A DNA stretch of 64,000 nucleotides, from assembly GCA_038087875.1 (NCBI GenBank), contig JAXLNO010000110.1:682001-746000 (forward strand), in the 5' to 3' direction. The position numbers were made by a program, and so were the translations under genes. Positions 62,747 to 64,000 of the stretch are shown in pieces. Numbering within the stretch: the stretch's first letter is position 1; the number at the start of each line of letters is the position of its first letter. The notes beneath the pieces are model-generated. The model did not search any database. It was not told the origin of the DNA and saw only the letters and a program-made list of their open reading frames with translations. This stretch comes from Malacoraja senta. Taxonomy: Eukaryota.

Positions 62747-63214
62747 TTAGATTTAGCTCTTGGAGCTATCTGAACCAAGGGTTATGGGGAGAAACTGGAA
62801 CGGGGTACTGGTTTTAGATGATCAGTCATGATCATATTGAATATCAGTGCTGGCACAAAGGGCCGAATGGCCTACTCCTGCACCTATTTTCTATGGTTCT
62901 AAACTCTACCGGGGAGAGCAGTTAGCCCTGGTGGTTGTTTCCTGTCGAAAGCGAGATTAGAACCGGGGACCGTCAATTGCAGAGTGAGGTGGGGATAGTT
63001 TTACTCCGGGAGCAGTGAGCGGGTCAGGGCTTTGAGCGGGGAGGGGCGATAGAGGATGGAGTGAAGGAGCAGGCCTTTCAGCCCATCTTGTCCATGCTGA
63101 CCGACCCTGGACCCGAAACGTCACACATTCCTTCTTTCCAGAGGTGCTGCCTGTTGCGCTGAGTTCCTCCAACACTTTGTGTTTGTCTGACCGAGAACAC
63201 GTTCTGTGCTTGTT

Positions 63215-63510
63215 TCGTTTAGTTTAGAGATACAGCGTGGAAACAGGCCCCTCGGCCCACCGTGTCCGCGCCGACCACCGATCCCTGCACACTAACTCTA
63301 TCCTGCACACACTAGGGACAATTTACACCTATACCAAGCCAGTTAACCTACAAATCTGCATGTTTTTGGAGTGTGGGAGGAAACCGAAGCTCCCGGAGAA
63401 AACCTACGCTGGTCACGGGGAGAACAAACAACACCCTGAGTTGGGATTGAACCCGGCTCCCTGGCGCTGTGAGGCAGCAACTCTACCGCTGGGCCTCTGT
63501 GCCGCCCACC
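63215..63510 (-). mobile_element. tRNA-derived SINE (HE1-like)
   Basis: Reverse-complement copy. Confidence 0.8.
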
Positions 63511-64000
63511 TTCCTGTGTTTTGGCCATAACCCCCCTCTAGCCCCTTCCCCATCCATATATAAACTATCCACACAGTCACCTGTTTGTGAAGAATGTCCC
63601 TGTCCTCGTAATTTAACTCACCCTGTACTTTTTCAAAAGCACATAGTGAGTTACGGTCTAGTTATTATTCACGACGCTTCAGCCCGTAGTTTGAGATTGC
63701 ACGTGGACCCAGCACATTTGTTGGTCTGAAGAATGGTGTCGACCTGAAACGTCACCCATTCCTTCTCTCCAGAGATGCTGCGTGTCCTGCTGAGTTACTC
63801 CAGTACTTTGTGTGTCTCTGCAGTTTCTTCCTGTACATTTGCATCCTCTCCTGCACTACCGGGCCAGGCCAGAAGTTGGAGATAATAATAATAATAATAA
63901 TCATTTTATTTACTGGCGCCTTTCTAAAACCCAAGGACACCTTACAATGCATAGAATCACAACAAAACAAAAAAAACACATAATCGGAATAAATTAAATA

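Overview
Eukaryotic, repeat-dense vertebrate DNA, most likely from a cartilaginous fish (skate/ray-type, inferred from the HE1-like SINE, CR1 and Penelope repeat landscape). The only host gene I recognise is ubiquilin-4 (UBQLN4, + strand). Nine coding exons lie between 2008 and 37082, covering the STI1 repeats through the UBA domain; the UBL-domain exons lie upstream of the window. Two single-base indels (near 21274 and 37045) break the frame and are probably assembly errors. The rest is mostly mobile DNA: CR1 LINEs, tRNA-derived SINEs, Rex1/Babar and L2 fragments, a Tx1-clade fragment with a 12-bp TSD inside a 65-bp satellite, two IR/DR Tc1 transposons, hAT- and Harbinger-type MITEs, a solo LTR, several minisatellites and Penelope-like elements (PLEs; RT + GIY-YIG). 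The most striking signal is a minimal, probably obligate-dimer hammerhead ribozyme motif (CTGAAGA-A-GGGT-CTCG-ACCC-GAAA-CG-TC). It sits in the PLE terminal repeats and recurs about 25 times, intact or decayed, as short solo and head-to-head palindromic elements. One PLE has the complete pLTR-ORF-pLTR structure and is inserted in a 34-bp satellite. All coordinates were read by eye; repeat boundaries are approximate unless a TSD is quoted.
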